This document shows, piece by piece, positions 37,377 through 50,610 of a DNA stretch of 64,000 nucleotides. Source of the stretch: Lepidodermella squamata (taxonomy: Eukaryota > Animalia > Gastrotricha). The number at the start of each line of letters is the position of its first letter. Positions within the stretch are counted from its first letter, which is position 1. A program made the translations under genes and the position numbers. The stretch covers positions 1,488,001 to 1,552,000 of the forward strand of contig JBLDXI010000055.1 in the NCBI GenBank assembly GCA_047495785.1, given 5' to 3'. The notes beneath the pieces are model-generated. The model saw only the letters and a program-made list of their open reading frames with translations, did no database searches and had not been told where the DNA came from.

Positions 37377-40300
37377 ATGAAGAATCTAAAATTTCAAGTA
37401 ATTTTGTGGCTGGCAGTCGTGCCGAATCACTCGTCAGCCCAGAAACTCACAATGAGATCACCTATGCCGAACTTCATCAAACCAACGACAATGCAGCAAA
37501 ATCGTACTCAGAAGCTGTCTATGCTTACAGTCGTCAACTACGGTAAAAAGTTGCTAAGTGCGAATGAACTTATTAATATCTATAGCACCTCATAAGTCAC
37601 ATGAGAAACTTGTATAGGAGTATAGGATAGTTCTCCAATCAAGTTATTCATTAGGCTATATTGTGTAACAGGGGGCCAGGCTTACCCGCTTGGGCCAATG
37701 TGCACTGAAGGCATTCAAATGGCTGTCAATGCTATCGCAGATGCAGGGATTCTACCTAACTTTGAATTTTCCGTCGAAGTTTTGGACGACATGGTGAGAA
37801 AAATTTGCCAAATAAAACGTGACTTTCTTACCCCCATTCGTTCAGTGCTTTCGAGATGTTGGCGTTAAGCTCGTGATGGAAGTGATGAGAGGTGACAGAA
37901 GCGCCCCAGATCGAGTGCCCATGATCGCTGGGCCAATTTGCATTTCGCACATGTACACCGGTATCGCCATGAGGCACTTCAACTTTGTCGGGGTTAGCAA
38001 ACTTTCACATAAATGTCAATATCTCTGTTTTATCCGATATCTTATTTGAAACAGCTGGCCGCTTCGACTATAGCCCCTGAGATCTACTATCGTCGAAGCA
38101 TGTTCGACTCGTACTTTGCATTGCCACCTTCCGTCGAAGTTTTCTATGCTGCCATCCCGGAATTCGTCAAAGCTAACGGCTGGTCAAAAGTATACCTATT
38201 CAGTGAGACGGTGACATATTGGCAATCTGTTAGTTTATCTATCTAACCCCACAAGACATAGGTAATCAAATTGAACATTTCATCTCGCAGTATGAACAGA
38301 TTCTACTGCAAAAGTTCGCCAAGTTGAACATCTCTCTTGCTGGGACGGCCAAGATTTTGATGTACGGCAGTGGCATCGTGCCAACATCTGGCCAGGTGGA
38401 GGATGCAGTCAGAGAGCTGAAGGCCCTCGACCCTCGCATTGTCGTCGTCAACACGAACTACGGGGCGCAGATGGCGTGCTGGCTGCACAGACTCGGATTG
38501 TACGGGCCCAACTACGTGTTCATCTTCTACGGCACCGGCTACTTCATGCCGAACAACCCGTCGCGATACCGCGATTGGTGCACCGAGACGATGCTTTACC
38601 AGGTTAATTTCCTTTCTTCCTTTGGCTTCCTTGTTTACAATTTTCATTCGGTATTTTGTAGGTGCTGAAAAGCGTAATATTCTTCAGCTATTCTTTCCTG
38701 GTGAATACCGAGCGCAATGCCACGGATTCTCTTGGAGTGCGAGTTCAAGATTTCGATGCTGCACTGAAGAGTAGGATCGATAGTCCCGAACTGGCGTCTC
38801 CGTGGTGGTACTGGCGGGCTCTGTGCTACGAACAAGTAGCTGCCGCAGCAGTCGCATTAGACCAGGCGGAGAAAACTTTACAAAAAGGTCTGTATCAGAG
38901 TAGGTAGTTTGACCTTACAATATTCGCGCTCTGTGTTCACAGAAAATGATTCTTTGATCAACTGGACGACCGGCAGCCAAAATTTCATGCAAAACGGAAC
39001 GCGAATCCACACCTTGCTTAAAAGTAGCTTATCATCTCTCGTGTTCCAAGGCCTCAACTCGAATGTCAATTCATCAATGAATGCATTGAAAGGAGTCACA
39101 GCTTTTTACCAGATGCAAGTTGACCCGATAATTAGCATTCAGCCGTCACTGAATGAATTGGCACTAGCACTTGTGCCTGCGCCTGTTGCTGTTTTTGATT
39201 CTGCTAACCCGAACGGGCAGCTCAAGCCAGGGCGCTCGAAGCTTGTATGGCTAACTGTGGACGGACAAGTTCCATTTGACTCAATTAGAGTAAGGAAACT
39301 GGAAATTGGTTGGATAGATGATCGGTTGCGCTATGTCTTCATTGGTAAATATCATGAACCTAGTTTCGTAAACACGCCCTAACTATTTCATTACTCCAAA
39401 TTAGCGTTCGCTGCTGTTCTCAAATTAATTCACTGCAGCTTGCTTTTGCTGCATTGTGTCAAGGTCAAGAAACAAAGACAATCTGGCGAGGAGACCAATA
39501 CGATGTCGTGGTTAAATATGCTTCTGATTCTTAGCAATGTGGTTATGCTATGTTTCATCCCGATAATGTTTAAAGGTGTGCTGGAAGCTAAGGAGGAATC
39601 CCGATGTATGACGGCCGCCGGGTTCCTGATCGTTGGCGTTGCATTGTTAATGATGAGCTTTTTAGCCAAGCTGGAGGTAGGTTACAAAATCGTGCATACA
39701 AATCAGTGGAAGGTCCTAACGGCAGCTCTAAGTCAATCCAATCTCAGCAAGGCTAATCAATCCAGAGGTCTCTTAGCTTCTACATCTCAGCGTGCATCCA
39801 TCTCGAGTAGAAGAAGCAGCATCGTGCAACCTATTGCCTCAGAACACAATTTGTCGCCCCGAAAAAGCAGCATTTCTAACTTGACTGATAATGCAGGCAA
39901 AGACACCAATTTGATGCCTCGTAAAAGTAGCGTAGCTGGTCTCGAGCTGCCGCGTAATAGCATGATGGACAACACAAAGATTGTGATCATCCATGATTTG
40001 CGGCGTTTCGAAAAGACTGGAACCATTAGCGTCTCAGCTTTGACCCTACTGATTGCTATCGTCATTGTTATTTGGCTCAATTTATTCCCGATGAATATAG
40101 CACGCGTCGACAGGGCTCAATACATATCTGCCGAGGATATAAGTCTGTCATTGGAAACTTACAGCTACTCTTGTTTTATGAACTCTTCACTGGGGAATTT
40201 GGGGTTTGTGGGCTTTCTTGTCGCCTTTGTCGGATTGGTATCGATTCGATTGCTGTTTTTGGCTTCATTCATAAAGAAGGTACGTCGAACCTGCAAATTA

Positions 40301-40546
40301 AGAATTAAATTAAGTCGAAGTTTTTTTCAGACGCATTCCGATGAAATAGCAGATCTGACCGGAACGCGCAGTGTGGTTTGGTTTTTCGTTATAATTTTGG
40401 TGGCTGGTTCCGTGGCAACTCTTGCGTTTTTCTCGAGTGACTTTGGATCAATAAACATCGCCATTTCAGCCATTTTATTCATAGTCGCTCTGCTAAACAT
40501 CGGGTTGATTTCAGCTTATATTAACCAACTACTGTTCAGTGATTGA
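37377..40546 (+). CDS. Class C GPCR, GABA-B-receptor-like, copy 3
   Basis: Flytrap exons nearly identical to copy 1; 7TM with SFLAKLEVGY and a long Ser-rich intracellular loop 2. Confidence 0.8.
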
Positions 40547-40870
40547 TGCAGGGCTACTGTAAACTTATTCTTACGATTCTGCCCCGTGTTGTCGATATTT
40601 TTCCAGATTTTTCGTAATTCGTTATCGATGTCATTGTTTGAGCTCCTAATTTCGATGTTTCATAGGGAAAAGACGAACACTTTTGACTTCAACTCGGTAA
40701 TGATGCTGATATAAAAAAATGAAGCTATGGCAACCAGAACGCGAAAAATTGTCTTGCCGTCTTAATTTTATTGATACAATAAATTCATAAACTACTGTTT
40801 CATAAATTAAATATTCATAAAGTTGAAGAAGTCGATTGATTCATAAGTCGATCATTGATTATTGAACGTT

Positions 40871-41722
40871 TCAAAAAGAACTATCGCTTGAGGAGCCCTT
40901 CTTGCAAGCCAGTGATGCTCGAATCTTGCGATGATTGCGGCGTTGAAGCGGGCGATGCGCGACTGGGGTGAACTTGCGCTGCAGACGCTCCAGTTGTTCC
41001 TTGCTCATTTCAATCGGTTGGCGGTAGTAGGTCCAAATGACGGATTCGTAAAGTGGCGGAACGGTTAGCGAGCCTTCGTAGCGGTAATAGCAGTCCCTTT
41101 TACGGGGCAGCAGCTTCAAGACATCGACGTTGGCGTCTTCCATGACCACACTCTTAGCGCCGGTTGCGTCAGGTTTTCGCTGGGTGAGCGGCGTGATCCA
41201 TTTGAAGACTTTATCGAACTCTTTGTTGCGTTTTCCCACCCGGATCGGCGCACAAACGGCGACGATGCCATCGCTACGCTTGAGAGCTTCGTCGAAGGTT
41301 CCGTACTTGGTGTTGAAGTTGACGATGTGAAACTCGCCGCCGAAAAATTCGCCGTTGATTTCGTGTTCAGATGACCAGTGAATGTGAAAATTGACAAGCT
41401 GGTAGGTGCCGGTGACGTTGCCGCCAGTCACCGTGCTCACTGGTTCGCCGTCGATGTTGACGTCCATGAAATTGCGGGCATTCGTCATCGTCAGGCGTTG
41501 CCTGGTTGACCTGTAGTTGAACTTGTGCGGGGTCAAATCGGCGCTGTAAACGAGCTGGTCGTCGTTGATCTTGATGGGTGATTGGCGTTGACCTCTGCCC
41601 GATGGGAAGAACTTGGCCCACACCGCCGGGCCGTCGTCGCTGTCGTAGCCCCATTTGAAATCGGCAACCGCATATCCAAACAGGAAAATGATAGACAGAG
41701 CAGAAATTAACTGAATATTCAT
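40871..41722 (-). CDS. Alpha-carbonic anhydrase, secreted, intronless CDS
   Basis: Signal peptide, WGY, QSPI, zinc ligands FHIHW...SEH...EFHIV, and YEGSLTVPP. Confidence 0.92.
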   Translation of the reverse strand: MNIQLISALSIIFLFGYAVADFKWGYDSDDGPAVWAKFFPSGRGQRQSPIKINDDQLVYSADLTPHKFNYRSTRQRLTMTNARNFMDVNIDGEPVSTVTGGNVTGTYQLVNFHIHWSSEHEINGEFFGGEFHIVNFNTKYGTFDEALKRSDGIVAVCAPIRVGKRNKEFDKVFKWITPLTQRKPDATGAKSVVMEDANVDVLKLLPRKRDCYYRYEGSLTVPPLYESVIWTYYRQPIEMSKEQLERLQRKFTPVAHRPLQRRNHRKIRASLACKKGSSSDSSF

Positions 41723-42611
41723 TCTGTCAAGTTGAATCAATGAATGATAGATTTGACGGCTTCGGGTCGGATCTTAAATAGTCAGCGGTTTCGCGCGTTG
41801 CAACTGTTCAAGCACGGCCACGTATGTTATGTAACAGCGTTGTGTTTGGCGCTATTTTTTGCGACCATCGGGTTTGGTGAACTGTAGATGTTCGGACAAT
41901 TTATCGTCGGTCGTCCCAGCTCAAGGCGAATTTCGAGGGCAACTTCCAGTTTTGCTTCTAGACGAACTAGCTAATTGGGAAAGCGTCCTTGAATGTGGCA
42001 TAGGAAGACCTCGATTTTCAGAGACAATGACTATTTAATTGTCCAATATATACCGGAAGTTTGCTAAAATGGGACGAAAAAAGTGTTTTATAATTGTAAG
42101 CTCACGTGCTAATTTTGGGGCGCGTGCGAATCAGCTCGTTAATTATGATTGTCCGAAAATCCACTGTTTTTCAAGGTCACCTCGTGGCTAGCTCTCGAAA
42201 TTTGCCATTTCTATTTTTTTTATCGAAATGTCATCTTAACGCCCACTAGACGGTGACTAGAAGTCCACACGATGACCAACAAAGACGATGCCCCTGAACC
42301 TCGTTGATTAGAAATGAATTCAGCGATTCAAGATCGATTTTATTGTTCAAAGACGCACAGGAAGATCAAATTATGAGTAAATGAATGATCGACACAGCAA
42401 ACATAGCTGACTAGGCCCACTGTGAAATCAGAAATGAGGGTTCCAAGATGTTATATACCCTAGATCCAAATACCATGACATTTTTATGAGGCTAAATGAA
42501 TTTTTTTATTTTTTTGGGATTTTCTCCGAACCCGGCTGCCATTCCCAACAATCGGTTTCTCGCTACAGACGGTGAAGCAGGGAAAGTATATCTGAGAAAT
42601 CATGTGAAATA

Positions 42612-44353
42612 TTAGGCATAGGGATAATAAGCAATGAAAAATACAACATTAGCGCATATAACAATGATCGCGAAAAGTACGTTCAAAACGGACGATATCG
42701 TCGCCCAATCCGAGGAACCGCTGACTGCACGCTTTTCATTCTCATCAATCATTGCCTCATTTCTGCTGGTTAAAGCTTGCGATTCAGAAGCATTCCTACT
42801 TGGGCCCTGCCTTTTGCTCGCCTTGCAATCGGATCGACAGCAGCGACAAAGAACCACGAAAGCAATAGCTCGAAATATGTTGGCAATGAAATTAGGCGGA
42901 GGTTGATGTTTACACCGCAGCTCCGAAAACCACGCCGCTAGAAGTATAGTCAGGCCAGAAATACCAAGCTGCCATAAACTAACGGAGACTAAAGAAAAAA
43001 TGGCGAAGTCAGCCCATTTGAGAATAATGGCAAATGTGTGATTTACAAGCCTGCCAGGGCAGTTCGATGTGCAACATCGGTCCGAAATTGATGACACCGG
43101 CGTAGGTAAAAACAGCTAAGAAATTCATGCTTGCTACGATCGTTTTAGCCACAGTATTTGCTGGTAGAATGAATGGCAAAGGCATCAGTAAGGACGTGAT
43201 GAAAATTGGCTGTATGATCAACAAAACGGTTATTTGAGTTGAATTTCTTGAGCGAAATTACAAAAAATGAAGATTTGAAAATGAGTGATGCGTTCCTGCG
43301 TTGGAAATGAAGCTCGTACTTGAGGCGACCGTAAGTTTCTTCGCAACAAGAATATTGCTGAGTCTCCTTTTCAGCTGCGCCATACAAATATCGCCATTCG
43401 CTATTCTCCTGATACTTATCCATCCTAATTTTCTGATCGTTTTGAGGAAATACGTATTTCACGTGCTGTTCATCAACGCCGAACTCGCTGCCTATCTTGA
43501 ACGAACAGTTCTGTTGAATCCAAAAGGCAAGCACTCTATCGGATGGCATGTAATATCAAATCGGACCAACCAATTTATCAAACGGATAAATATCCATGTC
43601 GTATCGAATACATGTGAGATCGAGTGTCGCTTGAGGTGTATGGGTAACTATTCCATCGTGTGCTATCCCAACTAATTGGTTAGGGTCGCTGAACAGCGTC
43701 CGGGAGAATGAGCTATGATACAAAATGCAAATTCTCATCCGTTAATTTTACAAAGGCCACACCTGCCAGAGATGGCTGTATCAGGATGCCTGTGAAACAA
43801 TTCCAAATTAAATGTGGAATCAAAGCATTGGCCACATTGCTGCATACCACAAATTACTAACAGGATAGTGGACGAATACTCCGAATTCGTCTTTTTCCCA
43901 AGTCAGGAATTCGTCGAACCATTCCTTTACCATCCAAAAACAAACTTGAGGACATGAATTGCAGTAAATTAACTCACCTGTGATATCATGCCATGAATGC
44001 TGACGGTGGCTGTGTCTGAGTTTGGAGTTAGCTCGACCTTACTAAGCGAGTATATTTCGAAGCGTAAATCAACTACGGTAGGGTTGCGCCTAATATAACG
44101 AAGAATAAGCAGGCATAACTCAGCATTAAAAATGCTCCTACCTAGACTTGACTGGCCTGACAGACTTTGAATAGCCATCGAAAAGCTTTTTAAATAGCTT
44201 GTTGCCATCGGCTGGTGAACAAGCGAATTGGCATACATTTAGCGCGAGTCACACGCAACATGTTAGCATACCTTCGCTGGTATTGCCAGACGCGCTGCTC
44301 TCAATCAGCAAAACAGAAGTCGCCAGAAATATAGCAAAATTCAATAGCGACAT
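42612..44353 (-). CDS. Divergent nicotinic acetylcholine receptor alpha-like subunit (gene A), full length
   Basis: LFDGYSKSVRPV, EWFDEFLTW, WHPD, Cys-loop CIRYDMDIYPFDKLNC, loop C YSCCEETY, M1-M4. All introns can be modelled as GT-AG. Confidence 0.85.
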
Positions 44354-44842
44354 GTTCTTATCTCTATTGCTTTATCAAATTATGCAAGTTGCTTATACAT
44401 GTCATGTAAAACGTGTTTCGGTGCAAATCGCGATTTTAGAATCGCCGCTAAACATTCTTTTCGCGCGAGCTTTTTGTTTATTTTTCTATGCCTCGTTCAT
44501 TTCTTCTATAGCTATTGTTCGAGCATGTTTTATTCAGCCAACATATCAACAAAGCTGGCCACATATTTTGGCTACGTGGTATATGAGAAAAATTCTTAAA
44601 AATACGGGCACACACCTTCTGGTAGGTATTCAAATGCGATACAATATCGTCTCGTATAGTATTTTGATAATTGATTGATTGATTGAAAACTCACACCATC
44701 TTAAGCTTTCCTCCTCATGACGCAAATCGATTAGAAAATATGTTTTATTTGAATTGAACTTGGAAAAGCACAAAGCATAAAGTATAAATTTAATTCGATG
44801 TCAGAGTAGTTCGGCGACTTTTAGTCAGCGAGATCTGAGGGT

Positions 44843-46683
44843 TCAATACACAGAGTTATCAGCTGGTCTTGGGTGACAAACAATGAGAGCTACAGTGTTC
44901 GACAACAGGAAAGAAACGGCTGCCAATGCGTTCAGCACATCCGCGATCGTCCGCCAGTCGCTTGTGTTCATGCGCCGGCGCCTCGCCTCGAAATCGTGGC
45001 ACTCTTCGCCCGGCGATTTGTTCATCGAAGCGTTCATCGGCGTGCCTGCTGGTAGCAATGTCGTCGAAAGCTGGTTGAGCGGCATCGACATCCGCGTAGC
45101 ACCCGAATCGCCATTATTGCATGAATAACCAGTTGTGCTGTCGGATTGATGATTTTGTTGAAATCTGCGCTTCGACCTGCCGCAACAGCAACACAACAGG
45201 CAACAACGGCATAGCACGACAACAGCGATCTGCTGACAGATTATTAGGAACCATCGTGGTGGTGCAAAGGTAAATGACCGCATTTCAGCGAACCAGCAAG
45301 CCAACGCGATCGCAAGGGCTGAGTTGAAAAGTTCAATTTGATAGCAAGAAACGGTCGCGCTGTAGCGATGATGGACGGGAATGAATACTGTCAGGATGAT
45401 GCCGTAGATGAACAGTGCGAAAAATGTCGTGCATGCTGTGTTAACTTTCGCTGGGGTACTCGAGGGCATGAAGAACGGTACCGCCGTCAGAAAACCCAGG
45501 GCAATTAGTGGCTTAATATTTTAGAAATATTTTAAAAAAAATGCCGTAAAACTTAGGGATAACTGAAAAACTTACAACGGTCACTGCGATGTTCGAGCTG
45601 AACTTTGCTCTCCTCAATTCTGAGTGGAATGGCCAGGTTATTGAGATTCATGATTTTTCCCGCAAAACTTACTTAGATGATAGCTCAAATCAATGAATGG
45701 AGTGTCTTGGCAACAGGCGTAGTAAATTTCATTCTTGCTAGCAAAATGGCTCGACACTCGCCACTGTGGATGATGTATGAAGGTTGCCATGCTGAAGTCG
45801 TTTTCTTCAGATGCAAAAGCATATCGGATTTTAGCGCCTGATGTTGTCCAACTGCCGAATTTGAAGAAACATTTCTATGAAAATATGGAGCAATAACAAT
45901 GGGTGTGTTTCAGGGTTTCTTTGCACGAACCACGCCGTCAAACGGATAGTGCCCATTATCGATACGCTCGCAGAGTACTTTGAAGGTGCGGGGCAAAATC
46001 CAAGCAACAGCACCGTTGTGTTGAACCACGGCTGTTCGCTCATCTGCCAAATCATCCGTGTAAAGTCCGTTGTAAAGCGTCGTGTCGGGCGACCTGAAAA
46101 ATCAGAGTGTCTTCGCTAATAAATTTTTAAAGTTCAAGCTTACCAAATATCTCTAATGGGAATCACGATTTCCTCTACGCCAGCGTATTCATTGGGATCC
46201 CAGGACAACATAGGATCGTTCCATCGCTGAGTTTCACCGTAACGTAATAAATTAATTGAGCATATTTAGATGGCACCAACCTGAGATAACCAGCAAAAAA
46301 TCGTCACTGTCGGTTGGATGCTGTCGTCCACGTCAATAATCGAATGGAGTTCCAGGCTGAACTCAACCAAAACTGACTGATTCCTGCGAAAAGACAAAAG
46401 CTCAATGGAAATACCCAGGCGCTAATACAATTTCTTACGGGTGCATGGCAGGTCGGCCGTACTTCCCCCAGCGCGAGTATTCGTTCATGAGAGCTTTGAC
46501 GAGAACTTTCTCGGGCGGAACCAAACCTGAACGGGTATTATGCTTTGGTTTAACAATCGCAGTACGATTTGTAAGTTTTGCTGTCTTACTTTGTGTTACT
46601 ACAGCAGACTGAGAAGTGCCGATGCACTGGCTACCAAGCAAGAAAATGAGAGGTAAAAAGTATTGATAACAACGCCACGACAT
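44843..46683 (-). CDS. Divergent nAChR alpha-like subunit (gene B), full length, PAK anion-type M2 motif
   Basis: RWNDPMLSWDP, IWSPDTTLYN, CERIDNGHYPFDGVKC, FGSW, YACCQDTPF, M1-M4 ending DWRTIADVLN. Confidence 0.87.
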
Positions 46684-48517
46684 GTTGAAATCGAATATTT
46701 CTCAAAAAATTGTCTATGCAAAGGGAAGTAAGACAGCAATACTGAGATGAGCTAAATTTATTGCAGTACATTCACATTTTTCGGATGATTCCCATGTGTA
46801 TATTATGAATGATAAAGTTATGTTCAATCGACCCTTACGCGCACGTTCGCATTTTTAAACGGCCTGAGGATTTTTCCTATGATTGCAGAGCAAATAAATA
46901 GGAGTTAAAAATGTACAGCTACACTAACAACAATCATTTCACGCATCGCGAAACAATAAGTTTAGCGATCGCGCGCAGATTGCATTTATTTTGAGCGACA
47001 AGACAACAATAACGCAAACGAAATGCCGAGGCAACGCGATACTACCGCGCATCTATAGTTATACACATATAAGTGAAAGCGATATAGGCTATCCAGTACA
47101 AAGCTATGCAAGCCGCCGTCATCAATTGATCACGCTGATTTCGTGTGCACATGGATACACAAATTTTAGCTGATCTAATCGAGAAAGACCATTTGCCGTT
47201 ATTAGACTGTCAAAAATGGCCAGATAGTGCGGTGAAATCTGCCGATATTGATGCTATAATGTTCGTCGCAAGTATGTCAAATTAGCAACAGTCTTGCTTG
47301 GACTGCTTAAATTAATTAAATCACGTTATCGTCACAACGCTACCTTTGAACCTCATCAGTATAAAATCTATAAACAAACAGAAATAGGACGATATATTAA
47401 AACTCGAAGAGCCATAAAATTTGATTAAAGGTGAGTGAGTTTACGCAGTATTTCATATAATCGAAGTGAACGCATAAAATATTAAGGAAAATCACCGCCT
47501 ATGGGAACTTCCTCTTCTTGTAGCCGGTATAGCCGCCGTCGCTGCGAAAATAACTTCATTTCTACTAATTTTATTGTAAAAAAATATTAACGATAATAAA
47601 ACAGGATTTTCAATCAGGGACCTTTTTCGGTCAAAGAAAAAGCAATATAATCAGTACAGTGACATCGCGTGTATTCATCTAAATTGCGGCTAAAATTAAA
47701 TATACAGTTCTTCACCGCGCGGTAAACAAAGCAGCGTTTTTTTATTCTGAAAACTGCAAAAATAATTATGCTTCTGAGGCTGCATATTATGCAGTTGTTT
47801 TGGCGGGTCTCTTTTGTGTTTCATAGAGTTCGTGGCGTTTTTTATTTTATTATAAATTTCATCATGGGAGACGGTGTGAAAGAGGCGCGGCCGTCGGTCG
47901 ATTGACCGCTACTCGGCTTTTTTGGTCCCGAATATTTCGCAGCCCTTTATTGAGTAAAAGGGCACCGTATCTCTTATTCAATTTATTTCTGATGCAAGTT
48001 AACAATTATTGGACTAAATTTCAGAGAACAATAAGTTCCGACACATAGATGATATTTTCAGTATATATAACTTCCGAATATTTATAAAAATTAATTAATA
48101 TTGGCTTCATGAGAAAAGCACGTGAGGTTATTTGAGGCGATTTATAGCATGTAAAGCGAAACAAAACAACAATAAATTTCGTTTTCCTAAAGATCCCACA
48201 TCATTCAAAGTATTACATAATATTCAATCAATGTATTTTCATATGAAATTTGGTTGAAATCTGAGCGGATGCTGGCAGCTTTCAGAAAATTTCAAAATTT
48301 GGCGGATTTGGCGGAATTCTTCCCAGTTGACTAGGCCTGCCGCCTGCCCTAGGCGATAAGTGGCTCAATGCGTTCAAACATGCAGTAATTTTTAAAACAC
48401 TCGAGCTTTAAATGTTCACCGATTTTTTGGAGCTGAACTTGAGACTCCCCTGTATTCTAAAAATAATAGCTAAATTATAGAAATTAGTGATCACACAAGA
48501 CTTACTTGAATGACAGC

Positions 48518-49803
48518 TCAAATTAATAAATGGAGTGTCAGGAACGCCGTGAGGAACACCAATGCACTTATTGGCTTATCAGAAAAATACACGTTCAAAC
48601 AGGCCAGGCATTTTTATCGGTATTCTAACTCACAATAGTCACTGCGGTGTTCGACTGAACTGACATCTGACTGAATTGGCTCGAATCGATTGGCTCGAAC
48701 CGATTGACTCTCCTTAGCTCTAAAAGAAGATTATTTGCCAGATGATTATGTAATTTCGAAAATTATTAGAATTTGACATGTACCAAAAAAATTTACCCAG
48801 GTTGTATGTCAAATCGATATATGGGGTATTTGGGCAGCATTCGTAGATAACTTCATTTCTGTTAGCAAAGTGACCAGTCACCGACCACTGTGGATGATGA
48901 GTTAAGCCTGAAATGTCGAATTCGTTGCGGTCATTCACAAAATTATATCGGATTTTGTTGCCCGATGCTGTCCAACTGCCAAATTTGAAGGAACATTTCT
49001 ACGCAAAACATGAAGCAATAAAATTAGCGTGTTTCAAGGGTTTCTACACGAACCATGGTGTCATTATCGCTACGTTCGCAGAGTACTTTGAAAATGCTGG
49101 ATGAAATCCAGACAACAACACCGTCGTGTCCAACCACGGCTATTCGTTCATCAGCCAAATCAGCGGTATATATTGCGTTGTAAAGTGTCGTGTCGGGCGA
49201 CCTGGAAACGAGTAAAAAGTCAGCCTTCCCTATTGATTTCGTGTAATCTTAATCACAAGTAAGCTTACCAAATATCTGTGATGGGCAGAACGAGTTCATC
49301 TATGCCAGCGTGTTCACTGGGCTTCCACGACAACATCGAATCATTCCATTTCTTAGTTAAAATGCAATACTTTGTGACCAGATTCTTAATTTGAAGATGG
49401 CACAAACCTGTGATATCCAGCAATAAATCGTCACTGTCGGTTGGATGCTATCGTTGACCTCAATAATCGATTGAAGTGTCACGCTGACCAACACCGAAAC
49501 TGACTGATTGCTAAAAAAGCCCCACCGTTAATTAACGTGAAATACCTAAGCGCCGATTATTTCCTATTACGAATTCAGAGTAGGCCGGCCGTACTTTCCC
49601 CAGCGCGAGTATTCGCTCATGAGAGTTTTGGCGAGAACTTTCTCAGGCGGAACCGAACCTAGACGGATATTGTAGACTTTTGTTCATCTAACAAGTTTTG
49701 CTCTCTTACTTTGATTTACCGCAGCAGACTGAGAAATGCTGATGCACTGGCTGCCAAGGAAATAGACGAGAGGCAAAAAGTATTGATAACAACGCCAATA
49801 CAT
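48518..49803 (-). CDS. Pore-less nAChR-derived ligand-binding protein (AChBP-like, gene C) with hydrophobic C-terminal tail
   Basis: Eight exons splice in frame: signal peptide, complete ectodomain (LYN, GSW, YECCPNTPY), shortened Cys-loop CERSDNDTMKC, C-terminus SNTAVTIPISALVFLTAFLTLHLLI-stop. Confidence 0.8.
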
Positions 49804-50537
49804 TTTGAAATTACTGTTTTTCTAAATATAATATGATACGAGTCTGAGCTGAAGAAAACACCTTGGAAACACGTGAGGATGTAATACCTTGGCGTACCGA
49901 AACGTCACCAAAATTATATTCAGTTGATCAACATAAATAACAACCCTCTTCCGCAGCTATGTGGAATATTGTAACACTGGATATGATGCAGGATTTCGGA
50001 ACGTCGTTTATCGTTCACGGCAAGCGTTAATTAGGCTTATAGATTATCGCTCCCTGAACTTTAATGAGCCATAATCCTCTGCATAAGCTAAAAATAGCTG
50101 AAAGACTGAAAAAAATTAAATGTGATGATGAAAAATGTAACCAAAGCGACGGCTAGTTTTAGAATTATCACGCGAAAGCCATGTAAATTTGTGAGCCGGT
50201 GCGGTAAACATACATTCAAAAACACTCCGGGAAGGTACCACACTGGAATGATCTGCTGGTGCGAGAAGCCGCTTTTATAGGCGCTGGTGGCGGTAATGTG
50301 AAGCATTGTGGCTGAGAATGGAGCGATGAGGGCTGCAACGCAGAGCAATAATAGCCCGCCGATTTGAGAATCCGAACACAACTGCAGAGCAGAAAACTGC
50401 GTCAGATATGCCAGATATGCTTTCTGAGCGAGTGGGCGATCGACATAAAAGCGTTTAACAGCAAGCTTTTTCTTGATCATTTGCTTTTTGCTTCATGTAT
50501 AATGTATGTAATGGGAGCTTCGAAGCCGCAGCGTTCA

Positions 50538-50610
50538 TGATCTGCACGTTCAAAAATGTATTTGAGAGCTGTGCTCGAGGTTCGCCTGGGCTACTGCATT
50601 CGACGCCGCC
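50538..50610 (+). pseudogene. Fragment of the gene E M3-M4 loop exon
   Basis: TGATCTGCACGTTCAAAAATGTATTTGAGAGC...CTACTGCATTCGACGCCGCC is nearly identical to 57418-57501, with a small deletion. Confidence 0.75.

Noticed and set aside
37322-37546. Short ORF with ITIM-like ITYAEL motif
   Set aside because: It is an alternative frame overlapping GPCR copy 3 exon 1 with a non-ATG start; likely chance.
43247-43295. Apparent non-canonical GA-AG intron before M1 in channel gene A
   Set aside because: A canonical 52-nt GT-AG intron (GTAATT...CATACAG) in phase 0 before the M1 Pro fits and matches the intron position in paralogues B, C and D.
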